DNA of 23,823 nucleotides, taken from NCBI GenBank assembly GCA_041694835.1, contig JBGFRZ010000045.1, positions 1 through 23,823 on the forward strand, given 5' to 3'. The notes beneath the pieces are model-generated. The model searched no databases and was not told the DNA's origin. It worked only from the letters and a program-made list of their open reading frames with translations. Made by a program: the position numbers and the translations under genes. This DNA is from Ignavibacteria bacterium (GTDB taxonomy: Bacteria > Elusimicrobiota > Endomicrobiia > PHAN01). This document shows positions 16,451 through 23,717 of the stretch, in pieces; the first letter of the stretch is position 1; every line of letters starts with the position of its first letter.

Positions 16451-17437
16451 GTGAGAAAAGGCAGTGAAACAAGCAGTTTTGGGACGAGCAGTAGGATAAA
16501 TCATGATTCGACAAAATTTTACAATTCAAAATTATATTCTGACTTTTCAATAAATAAAAAAGTTCAAATTTTCAGTGAAAACAAACTGCCGGAAAAATTT
16601 GTAAATAAAATTATACTCGGCTCGTCGGAAAAAATGGAAGGTGTTCCAGACAATTCAATTCATCTAATGGTGACATCCCCGCCGTATAATGTATCAAAGG
16701 ACTACGATGAAAATTTGTCTCTTAAAGAGTATTTGGAGTTATTAGAAAATGTGTTTTCGGAAACTTATAGAGTTTTAGTCGATGGTGGTCGAGCATGCGT
16801 CAATATAGCAAACATTGGACGGAAACCATACATTCCTTTATCCGATTACATCTCGCGAATGATGCTCAAAATCGGGTTTAACATGCGGGGTGAAATTATA
16901 TGGAATAAAGGTTCGGGCGCCGGAACATCAATGGCTTGGGGGAGTTGGCAGTCGGCGGCAAATCCGGTTTTGCGGGATGTTCACGAATACATTTTGGTTT
17001 TTTCAAAAGGTGATTACAAAAGGACTGTTGAAGGACGGAAGAATACAATTACAAAAGAACAATTTATGGAATGGACAAAATCAGTATGGACAATGAATAC
17101 CGAATCAGCAAAAAGAGTCGGCCATCCCGCTCCATTTCCTGAGGAATTGCCTTATCGTCTTATTCAACTATACACTTTCAAAGACGATATTATTTTGGAC
17201 CCGTTTATGGGTAGTGGTACGACTGCGGTTTCGGCATTGAAGTCAGACAGAAAATACATCGGCTTTGAGACAAACGAAGAATATATAAAACTCGCAGAAA
17301 AACGAATAAAACAATACTTACAAGGACATTTCACTTTATTTTCATATCCAACGGATAATAAAAATTTAACAATCACTGAATCGTCAGCAACAGGAAAATA
17401 TAAAACTAAAAGAAGAAAAGTTAGAATTGTCAGATAA
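16451..17437 (+). CDS. Site-specific DNA amino-methyltransferase (N4-C/N6-A, beta class)
   Basis: Motif IV TSPPY precedes motif I DPFMGSGTT; HPAPFPEELP motif. Confidence 0.95.
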   Translation: MRKGSETSSFGTSSRINHDSTKFYNSKLYSDFSINKKVQIFSENKLPEKFVNKIILGSSEKMEGVPDNSIHLMVTSPPYNVSKDYDENLSLKEYLELLENVFSETYRVLVDGGRACVNIANIGRKPYIPLSDYISRMMLKIGFNMRGEIIWNKGSGAGTSMAWGSWQSAANPVLRDVHEYILVFSKGDYKRTVEGRKNTITKEQFMEWTKSVWTMNTESAKRVGHPAPFPEELPYRLIQLYTFKDDIILDPFMGSGTTAVSALKSDRKYIGFETNEEYIKLAEKRIKQYLQGHFTLFSYPTDNKNLTITESSATGKYKTKRRKVRIVR

Positions 17438-17441
17438 AAAA

Positions 17442-17493
17442 ATAATCGGAACCGTCCCTCAATTCAAAAATATCAGGACGGCTCTGATATTTT
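17442..17493. repeat. 17-bp direct repeat (right copy) plus perfect 10-bp-stem hairpin
   Basis: ATAATCGGAACCGTCCC (17442-17458); AAAATATCAG-gacggct-CTGATATTTT (17467-17493). Confidence 0.85.
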
Positions 17494-17545
17494 GGCAAAG
17501 GGGGAATTGTTATATATCAGACGATTGTTTTGGTATGGTTAGAAA

Positions 17546-17950
17546 ATGGACAATAACAGAAATGAATTTTTGAGATGGTTTTCCCAGGCAGAGTATGATT
17601 TAAAATCAGCAAAGGATAGTTTAGAGAACGAAAATTACGAATGGGCTTGTTTTCAAGCAGAGCAGTCCGCAGAAAAATCGCTTAAAAGTTTTCTATGTCT
17701 ACACGGCATCAGGAATTTTCAGACACATTCTATTCTGAAACTAATCAATGAATCTGCTAAATATAACGATGAATTTAATAATACCGATATTCAGAAGTGC
17801 AAAGAATTATCACAGTACTATATTCCGACAAGATATGTTAACGGACTGCCTGATGATATACCGCATATTTTTTATAAAAAAGAGGACGCTCAAAAATGCA
17901 TAGATTATGCACAGACGCTCCTAAACTTAATCAAGAAATCGACCATATAA
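17546..17950 (+). CDS. HEPN domain protein
   Basis: WFSQAEYDLKSA, YEWACFQAEQSAEKSLKSFL, THSI..L, YIPTRY. Confidence 0.92.
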   Translation: MDNNRNEFLRWFSQAEYDLKSAKDSLENENYEWACFQAEQSAEKSLKSFLCLHGIRNFQTHSILKLINESAKYNDEFNNTDIQKCKELSQYYIPTRYVNGLPDDIPHIFYKKEDAQKCIDYAQTLLNLIKKSTI

Positions 17951-18237
17951 AAAATCTTATCAATAAATTAAAAGAAAAGAATAATATTTCGTCTGTAATT
18001 TTATTTGGCAGTTATGCAAGGGGCGACATCAACGAAAACAGCGATGTGGATTTATTAATCGTGGGCGATTTTAAAGAGAGATACTTTGATAGGATTGGTA
18101 AGGTTTTATCTCTCTATGGAGGCCAAAAGGACATAGAGCCGTTTGTCTATACCGACGAAGAATTCGATAAAATGAAAAAAGAAAAGCGAGTTTTCATAGA
18201 AGAAATTCTTAAAAACGGCATTAAGTTGATTGGATAA
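17896..18237 (+). CDS. Minimal nucleotidyltransferase (MNT)
   Basis: ILFGSYARGD..ENSDVDLLIV, YTDEEF; overlaps the HEPN gene. Confidence 0.92.
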   Translation: MHRLCTDAPKLNQEIDHIKNLINKLKEKNNISSVILFGSYARGDINENSDVDLLIVGDFKERYFDRIGKVLSLYGGQKDIEPFVYTDEEFDKMKKEKRVFIEEILKNGIKLIG

Positions 18238-18265
18238 AATTGTCGGCGAGAAGTAACAAATTTTT

Positions 18266-18478
18266 ATGAGCGACAAGAAGAGATTACCTGCGTTGTTGCT
18301 TTGCTTTTTTTTAGGTGGTTTAGGCATTCACAGATTTTATGTCGGTAAAATCGGCACGGGTGTTATATGGTTGCTGACTGGCGGAGTGTTGGGTATAGGG
18401 TGGTTAGTCGATTTTATTTTAATAATCATAGGTAGTTTTACCGACAAAGAAGGAAAAAAAGTCGATGCCTGGACATAG
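18266..18478 (+). CDS. TM2 domain membrane protein
   Basis: [37 protein letters not shown]. Confidence 0.93.
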   Translation: MSDKKRLPALLLCFFLGGLGIHRFYVGKIGTGVIWLLTGGVLGIGWLVDFILIIIGSFTDKEGKKVDAWT

Positions 18479-18506
18479 TATTCGTAGAAAAACATCGTCA
18501 CGGAAT

Positions 18507-18548
18507 TAAAGATAAACTTAGAGGTAAAGATAGAGATAAAGATAAAGA
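18507..18548 (+). repeat. Degenerate hexamer tandem repeat TA(A/G)AGA x7
   Basis: taaaga taaact tagagg taaaga tagaga taaaga taaaga. Confidence 0.7.
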
Positions 18549-18565
18549 CAATAAGAAAATACGAA

Positions 18566-19870
18566 ATGAACATCGTTGAAATGGTAAAAAACGCGGGGGT
18601 TGTCGGCGCTGGCGGAGCGGGTTTTCCGACGCACGTAAAACTTCAATCGCAGGTTGACACCGTCATAGCCAACGGAGCCGAGTGCGAACCGATATTAAAA
18701 ATAGACCAGCAGATGATGGTTCTTTATGCCGACAAGGTTGTGCGGGGCGTTGAACTCGCTATGGAGTCCACCGGCGCAAAACGCGGAATCATCGCACTCA
18801 AGAAAAAATACCATGATGCAACTGAATCACTTAATCGCTCCATCGCTTCATCTCCTAATCGCTCAATTTCTTTATTTGAACTTGACAATTTTTATCCCGC
18901 AGGCGACGAGTTTATAACGGTTTACGAAGTGACAAAACGGCTCATACCCGAAGGGGGACTGCCGCTTCAAGTCGGATGCGTGGTTGACAATGTCGTCACT
19001 TTAATAAATATCGCCAAAGCTGTCGAGAGTTCAAAAGCGGTTACGGAGCGGCCTGTCACGATTTCTGGCGCGGTAAAAAATCCTGTTTCACTGATTCTGC
19101 CCGTGGGAACGCCCGTTAAGAGAGCGATAGAAATAGCGGGCGGTGTCAGTGTCGACGACTATACGATAATTGATGGTGGTCCAATGATGGGCGTGATAAT
19201 AACCGAAGGCGATGTCATCACCAAAAAAACTTCAGGAATACTCGTTTTGCCGTCGGAACACGAAGTTGTGTTCCAGAAAACAAACCGCCATGCAATAAAA
19301 CAGGTTAAATCCGCTTGCGAGCAATGTCAGGACTGCACGGAAATCTGTCCGCGTTATCTTTTGGGGCACAATTTTGAATGCCATAAAATACAGCGCACAG
19401 TTCAGGCGGGAAAATCCGCTCATCTCACGGCGGTATTTATGTGTTCTGAGTGCGGTCTTTGCGATTGGGTCTGTCCCGTGAAACTTACGCCCAGAAGGAC
19501 TAATCAGCTCATCAAACGCGAACTGATAAAGAAAGGAATTAAAAATCCGCATAACAACAAGCCGTATCAAACACGCGAGATGAGGGCATATAGAAAAGTC
19601 AACACGGCAAGAGTTGTGGCAAGAAACGATGTCTTAAAATACGACGTGCCCGCCCCGCTCAACGATAACGAATTTGATATTAAAGAAGTTAAAATGCCGC
19701 TTCATCAAAATGTGGGCGTTCCGTCGGTGCCGGTTGTAAAAGTCGGAGACAGCGTCGTAAAAGAACAGTTAATCGCCGATATCCCCGAAGGAAAACTCGG
19801 AGCGAAACTCCACGCCTCAATAAGCGGAAAGGTTGTCGAAGTAAGCGATTGCATAAAAATTGAGAGGTAA
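18566..19870 (+). CDS. pduS: PduS-like BMC-associated flavin/4Fe-4S oxidoreductase (RnfC-related)
   Basis: AGVVGAGGAGFPTH.K, NGAECEP, YPAGDE, GGPMMG, two ferredoxin motifs (CEQCQDCTEICP, CSECGLC..VCP), C-terminal HASISG barrel; BMC context upstream of pduT. Confidence 0.85.
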   Translation: MNIVEMVKNAGVVGAGGAGFPTHVKLQSQVDTVIANGAECEPILKIDQQMMVLYADKVVRGVELAMESTGAKRGIIALKKKYHDATESLNRSIASSPNRSISLFELDNFYPAGDEFITVYEVTKRLIPEGGLPLQVGCVVDNVVTLINIAKAVESSKAVTERPVTISGAVKNPVSLILPVGTPVKRAIEIAGGVSVDDYTIIDGGPMMGVIITEGDVITKKTSGILVLPSEHEVVFQKTNRHAIKQVKSACEQCQDCTEICPRYLLGHNFECHKIQRTVQAGKSAHLTAVFMCSECGLCDWVCPVKLTPRRTNQLIKRELIKKGIKNPHNNKPYQTREMRAYRKVNTARVVARNDVLKYDVPAPLNDNEFDIKEVKMPLHQNVGVPSVPVVKVGDSVVKEQLIADIPEGKLGAKLHASISGKVVEVSDCIKIER

Positions 19871-19872
19871 TT

Positions 19873-20100
19873 ATGAGAAAGAAATTACATCTTGTCAAAG
19901 AACCGCATGTAAATTACAAAACCAACACTATTACAATTCCTGTTGAGGTTTTTGAGACAGCAGACACCAAAGAAGAAATTGAGGATTGGCTACTGGCACA
20001 CGACCCCGAGTTTATCAAAAGAATGAGAAAAGCAAAAGCAGATATGGAAGCAGGTAAAGGTATAACTCTTGAAGAATTAAAGAAAAAACTATGTGTATAA
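19873..20100 (+). CDS. Putative type II antitoxin
   Basis: 75 aa, DPEFIKRMRKAKADMEAGKGITLEEL C-terminus; overlaps the downstream RelE-like gene. Confidence 0.75.
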   Translation: MRKKLHLVKEPHVNYKTNTITIPVEVFETADTKEEIEDWLLAHDPEFIKRMRKAKADMEAGKGITLEELKKKLCV

Positions 20101-20365
20101 AGTGATATATCTGCCTGAAGTGGATGACATAATTGATGACCTGGACGCTTCCATTAGAGAGGGTATAATCAGAAAAACTGAATGGCTCGGTATAAATGCA
20201 GAAAATATCGCACATCATCAATTGACTTCAATGCCAGATGACTTGAAAGGTCTTTGCAGGATCCATAGCGGCAACTGGCGAATTCTCTATTGGATTTCTC
20301 ATGAAAAACGAAAAATATGGGTTTTCACAATAGAACATCGCTCAAAAGTGTATAAAAAAATATAA
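20093..20365 (+). CDS. RelE/ParE-family toxin
   Basis: MYKVIY..., LKGLCRIHSGNWRILY, IEHRSKVYK. Confidence 0.88.
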   Translation: MYKVIYLPEVDDIIDDLDASIREGIIRKTEWLGINAENIAHHQLTSMPDDLKGLCRIHSGNWRILYWISHEKRKIWVFTIEHRSKVYKKI

Positions 20366-20388
20366 TTGGACAAATTGAGAGATAAATT

Positions 20389-20940
20389 ATGATTCAACCA
20401 TCAATAGGACTTCTTGAAACAAACTCGATAGCAAAAGGCATTGAAGCAAGCGATGCGATGCTCAAAACAGCGGGCGTCGAACTCGTGGACGCTTATGCGA
20501 TCTGCCCCGGAAAATATCTAATTTTGATAACCGGCGCGCTTTCAGATGTTCAATCGAGCATGACTGCGGGAGCCGATATCGCTTCGGGAACAGTTATAGA
20601 CAAAATGCTTATACCAAATGTCAGCAACCAGATTGTTCCGGCGATACTTGGCGCATCCGAAATAGACGATATAGAAGCGATTGGCGTTCTTGAGATATTT
20701 ACGGTTGCTTCTTGCATCATCGCCGCAGATATAGCCGCAAAAACTGCTCAAGTAAAACTCATTGAAATTCGTCTGGCGAAAGGCCTCGGTGGAAAGTCCT
20801 ATTTCACTTTGACCGGCGAAGTCGGGGCTGTTCGCTCGGCAATCAACGCCGCTGTTGCAGAAATAAAAGACGAGGGAGTAATTGTCCAGAAGGTCGTAAT
20901 ACCTCAGGCGCATAAAGAATTGAAGAGAACGCTATTATGA
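20389..20940 (+). CDS. pduT: BMC tandem-domain shell protein, PduT-like (BMC-T)
   Basis: Two BMC domains (IGLLE..SIAKGIEASDAMLK; IGVLE..VAS.IIAADIAAK..RLAKGLGGK); ICPGKY retains the PduT Fe-S-binding Cys. Confidence 0.92.
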   Translation: MIQPSIGLLETNSIAKGIEASDAMLKTAGVELVDAYAICPGKYLILITGALSDVQSSMTAGADIASGTVIDKMLIPNVSNQIVPAILGASEIDDIEAIGVLEIFTVASCIIAADIAAKTAQVKLIEIRLAKGLGGKSYFTLTGEVGAVRSAINAAVAEIKDEGVIVQKVVIPQAHKELKRTLL

Positions 20941-21386
20941 AAATCGTAATTGGTTCAGACCATTCGGGTTTTAGGTTGAAAGAGCATCTAAAAAAATACC
21001 TACAAAAAGGTGAATATGATGTCATTGATTTTGGTTGTTATTCGGAAGAGCCGGTTGATTGGCCCGATGTGGCGATTCTTGTCGCTGAAGCGATTTCAAA
21101 AAAAGAGTTTGAAAAAGGTATACTCATAGATGGAACCGGCGGGGCGATGCCTATTGCTGCGAATAAAGTGCCGGGGATAGTTGCTGTTTGCGCCTATAAT
21201 GAACTGACGGGAAAATTTGCGTCGGAGCACGACGATGCCAATATTTTATGTCTTGGCGGAAAGATGCTCGGAGAACTTGCCGCTGATAGTATAGTTAAGG
21301 CGTGGCTTGATACACCTTATGCCGGCGGCAGGCATGAGCGACGCTTACAAAAATTAAGGGAGATTGAAAAAAAATATCTGAAATGA
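20937..21386 (+). CDS. rpiB: RpiB/LacAB-family sugar-phosphate isomerase, non-canonical (DGTG)
   Basis: GSDHSG, ANKVPG, EHDDANIL, GGRHERR; IDGTG in place of ICG(T/S)G. Confidence 0.88.
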   Translation: MKIVIGSDHSGFRLKEHLKKYLQKGEYDVIDFGCYSEEPVDWPDVAILVAEAISKKEFEKGILIDGTGGAMPIAANKVPGIVAVCAYNELTGKFASEHDDANILCLGGKMLGELAADSIVKAWLDTPYAGGRHERRLQKLREIEKKYLK

Positions 21387-21518
21387 TCCCGCACTTATTT
21401 TGTATTGTTGTTCAATACGCTCTATTAAATTATGCGTATATCCAATATACAACTTTCCACTTTTGTTAAATTCGAGTATATAAACGTAGTACATAATTCA
21501 TACAAAGTAGGTGCGGGA
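21387..21518. mobile_element. 132-bp MITE, copy 1
   Basis: 19-bp TIR TCCCGCACTTATTTTGTAT/ATACAAAGTAGGTGCGGGA, flanked by TGA on both sides; 128/132 identical to 22949-23080. Confidence 0.92.
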
Positions 21519-21976
21519 TGAAAATCGCTATCGCTTCAGACCATGCGGGATTTAGATACAAAAACGAAATATCATCGTTTTTGAAAGATAAAAGATACGA
21601 GGTGGTGGACTTCGGATGCTCTTCAAACGAATCTTGCGATTATCCGGACTTCGGCTATGAGGCCGCTCTTTCGGTGTCTAATCTCGAGTGCGAAATGGGA
21701 ATTCTCATTTGTGGAAGCGGCGTCGGGATGAGCATAATAGCAAACAAACTTCCCGGAGTTCGAGCGGCTCTTTGTTTCAACGAGGACATAGCAAAACTTT
21801 CGCGTGAACACAACAACGCAAACATTATCTGTATAGCCGCCAGGTTTTCTAAAGTAGAAGATGTTAAAAAATGGGTTGTTTTATTTTTAAGCACGCCTTT
21901 TGCCGAAGGAAGACACAGACTTCGCGTCGAAAAGATATCTGAATTTGAGAGGATGATATTAAAAAGAAAGTTATGA
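21518..21976 (+). CDS. rpiB: Ribose-5-phosphate isomerase B (canonical)
   Basis: ASDHAG, DYPD, ICGSGVGMSI.ANK, SREHNNAN, EGRHRLR. Confidence 0.96.
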   Translation: MKIAIASDHAGFRYKNEISSFLKDKRYEVVDFGCSSNESCDYPDFGYEAALSVSNLECEMGILICGSGVGMSIIANKLPGVRAALCFNEDIAKLSREHNNANIICIAARFSKVEDVKKWVVLFLSTPFAEGRHRLRVEKISEFERMILKRKL

Positions 21977-22401
21977 AAAGAGCATATATCGCTTTATTTC
22001 TTTTGATTCTTTCGGTTTCTTTTTTGAACGCCAAAGACGAGATGTTCAAAATCGCTCTTAAGTATGCGAGCGCTGGAAAAATCGATGAAGCAATACAGAT
22101 TTTAAGCGAGGATGTCGCTGAAAATCCCACCGCAGAGAGATACCTCGCTCTTGGCGTTGTTTATCTGCAAAAAAAGGATTACGATGCCGCGTTTGAAAAT
22201 TTGAAAGAGGCGGTAAAACTCAATCCCTATTCAGCACCCGCCAGGTATTCTCTCGCGATGCTTTACGAAAAGAAAAAAATGTACACCGAGGCAATCAATG
22301 AGTGGAAAAAATTTCTGCCATTTGCCGGAGACAAGGAGTTAAGACATCTCGCCAAAAGGCATATAAAGCAATTGGAAATAATTCAAAATGAATCCCGTTA
22401 A
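21973..22401 (+). CDS. Secreted tetratricopeptide repeat protein
   Basis: Signal peptide MKRAYIALFLLILSVSFLNA; TPR patterns LGVVYLQKKDYDAA..AVKLNP, LAMLYEKKKMYTEA. Confidence 0.85.
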   Translation: MKRAYIALFLLILSVSFLNAKDEMFKIALKYASAGKIDEAIQILSEDVAENPTAERYLALGVVYLQKKDYDAAFENLKEAVKLNPYSAPARYSLAMLYEKKKMYTEAINEWKKFLPFAGDKELRHLAKRHIKQLEIIQNESR

Positions 22402-22948
22402 GACATTGTCAGCGGTTTTAGTCGTTTTAACAATCGGATGCGCCACTTCGAAAATTTCGTATAAGAGCGGCTACAATTTTTCCGGGATAAAAAAAATTTA
22501 TGTCGAAGAATTTAAATCGTCGCCGGATTTTGGAAGTGCCGGGAATGTCGTCAGGGATTCGTTTATAAGGGAGCTGATGAAAAGCGGTTATACAGTAACG
22601 GAAAATGATTTGGAAGCAGATGGCATTATCGGCGGCAGCATAATCACTTTCTCACCGGAAAAGAAGTATCTGATAATGCTTTCCAAGCCCGGCAACGATG
22701 CTAAGGTTGTTCTCCATCAGCCGATAGAAATAGGCGGTTCAAACATTTACTCGTTCGGCTCGGCGTTTGGGCTGAAAGAGGAAAATCAGATAATAGTTTC
22801 TAACGCCACTGTGGGAGTTTCAGCCTTGATGAAAGACTCGAAAACCAGCGAGATCGTCTGGTCTAACTCGTTTACATACGAAGGTCTTACCCTTGATACG
22901 GCTCTTAACGGACTGATAAGGTATTTAGTAAGGACGATACCGAGGTGA
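22388..22948 (+). CDS. Hypothetical lipoprotein
   Basis: Lipobox LTIGC after a hydrophobic stretch; overlaps the TPR gene. Confidence 0.75.
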   Translation: MNPVKTLSAVLVVLTIGCATSKISYKSGYNFSGIKKIYVEEFKSSPDFGSAGNVVRDSFIRELMKSGYTVTENDLEADGIIGGSIITFSPEKKYLIMLSKPGNDAKVVLHQPIEIGGSNIYSFGSAFGLKEENQIIVSNATVGVSALMKDSKTSEIVWSNSFTYEGLTLDTALNGLIRYLVRTIPR

Positions 22949-23080
22949 TCCCGCACCTACTTTGTATTGTTGTTCAATACGCTCTATTAAATTATGCGTA
23001 TATCCAATATACAACTTTCCACTTTTGTTAAATTCGAGTATATAAACGTAGTACATAATTTATACAAAATAGGTGCGGGA
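22949..23080. mobile_element. 132-bp MITE, copy 2
   Basis: TIR TCCCGCACCTACTTTGTAT/ATACAAAATAGGTGCGGGA, flanked by TGA (22946-22948, 23081-23083). Confidence 0.92.
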
Positions 23081-23361
23081 TGAAAGCAGCGAAAGTTATA
23101 GGAAGGGTGGTGGCTACGAGAAAATCTCCGTCGCTTGAGGGGATAAAACTGCTTTTGATTCAGCCTCTCACATGGGACAAAAAACCTCACGGCGACCCGC
23201 TTGTCGCTGTTGATGTCGTCGGAGCGGGCGCAGGCGAATTTGTTTTCTGGGTCGCGGCCCGCGAGGCCGCCGTCGGGGTCGGTGGGACAGACTTGAAAGA
23301 CACACCGCCGGTCGACGCCGCGATACTTGGAATTATCGACGGGGTAAATTTAGCGACTTAG
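23080..23361 (+). CDS. Second BMC pentamer/vertex protein (EutN/CcmL family)
   Basis: AKVIGRVVATRK..LEGIKLLLIQP, VAVDVVGAGAGE.V, REAA, PVDAAILGIID. Confidence 0.96.
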   Translation: MKAAKVIGRVVATRKSPSLEGIKLLLIQPLTWDKKPHGDPLVAVDVVGAGAGEFVFWVAAREAAVGVGGTDLKDTPPVDAAILGIIDGVNLAT

Positions 23362-23378
23362 CGACTCAGCGGCGTAGA

Positions 23379-23717
23379 ATGAAGACATATAAAGATTTAA
23401 TGGTTTGGCAGAAAGATTTCAACTTGGCAATAAAAATTCTTGAATTGGTTGATAGTTTTCCAAAGACACAAAAAGCAAATATAATTTCATCGCAATTAGT
23501 TCGTGCAGTTACGTCAATTGGCGCTAATATTGCCGAGGGATATGTCCGAAAGCAGGGTAAAGAAATGGAACAATTTTTTCAGTATGCGATTGGTTCCGTG
23601 AATGAAACAGACCACTGGCTAAACGTATGCAAAAACATCGATTTTATTGATAACGAGAATTATGATAATCATGCAAATACTTGTTTGGAAATAGTTAAAA
23701 TGTTAGGTAATGGCTAA
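23379..23717 (+). CDS. Four helix bundle protein (23S rRNA IVP / bAvd-like), C-terminus probably truncated
   Basis: YKDLMVWQK, FPK, QLVRAVTSIGANIAEGY, FQYAIGSVNET; ends abruptly MLGNG*. Confidence 0.9.
   Translation: MKTYKDLMVWQKDFNLAIKILELVDSFPKTQKANIISSQLVRAVTSIGANIAEGYVRKQGKEMEQFFQYAIGSVNETDHWLNVCKNIDFIDNENYDNHANTCLEIVKMLGNG

Noticed and set aside
12376-18478. Integron cassette array or prophage
   Set aside because: No intI or integrase, no convincing attC (RYYYAAC...GTTRRRY) sites, and no phage structural genes.
18566-19870. rnfC of an Rnf complex
   Set aside because: No rnfDGEAB nearby; the C-terminal barrel and the pduT neighbour fit PduS.
44-23190. Remaining short antisense or alternate-frame ORFs in the track
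   Set aside because: They overlap well-supported + strand genes or MITE DNA and show no recognisable motifs.
7944-23361. PDU, EUT, GRM or carboxysome assignment
   Set aside because: None of the signature enzymes is present; pdu names are used only as family labels.
23379-23717. 23S rRNA intervening sequence
   Set aside because: The family name only; there is no rRNA sequence around the gene.
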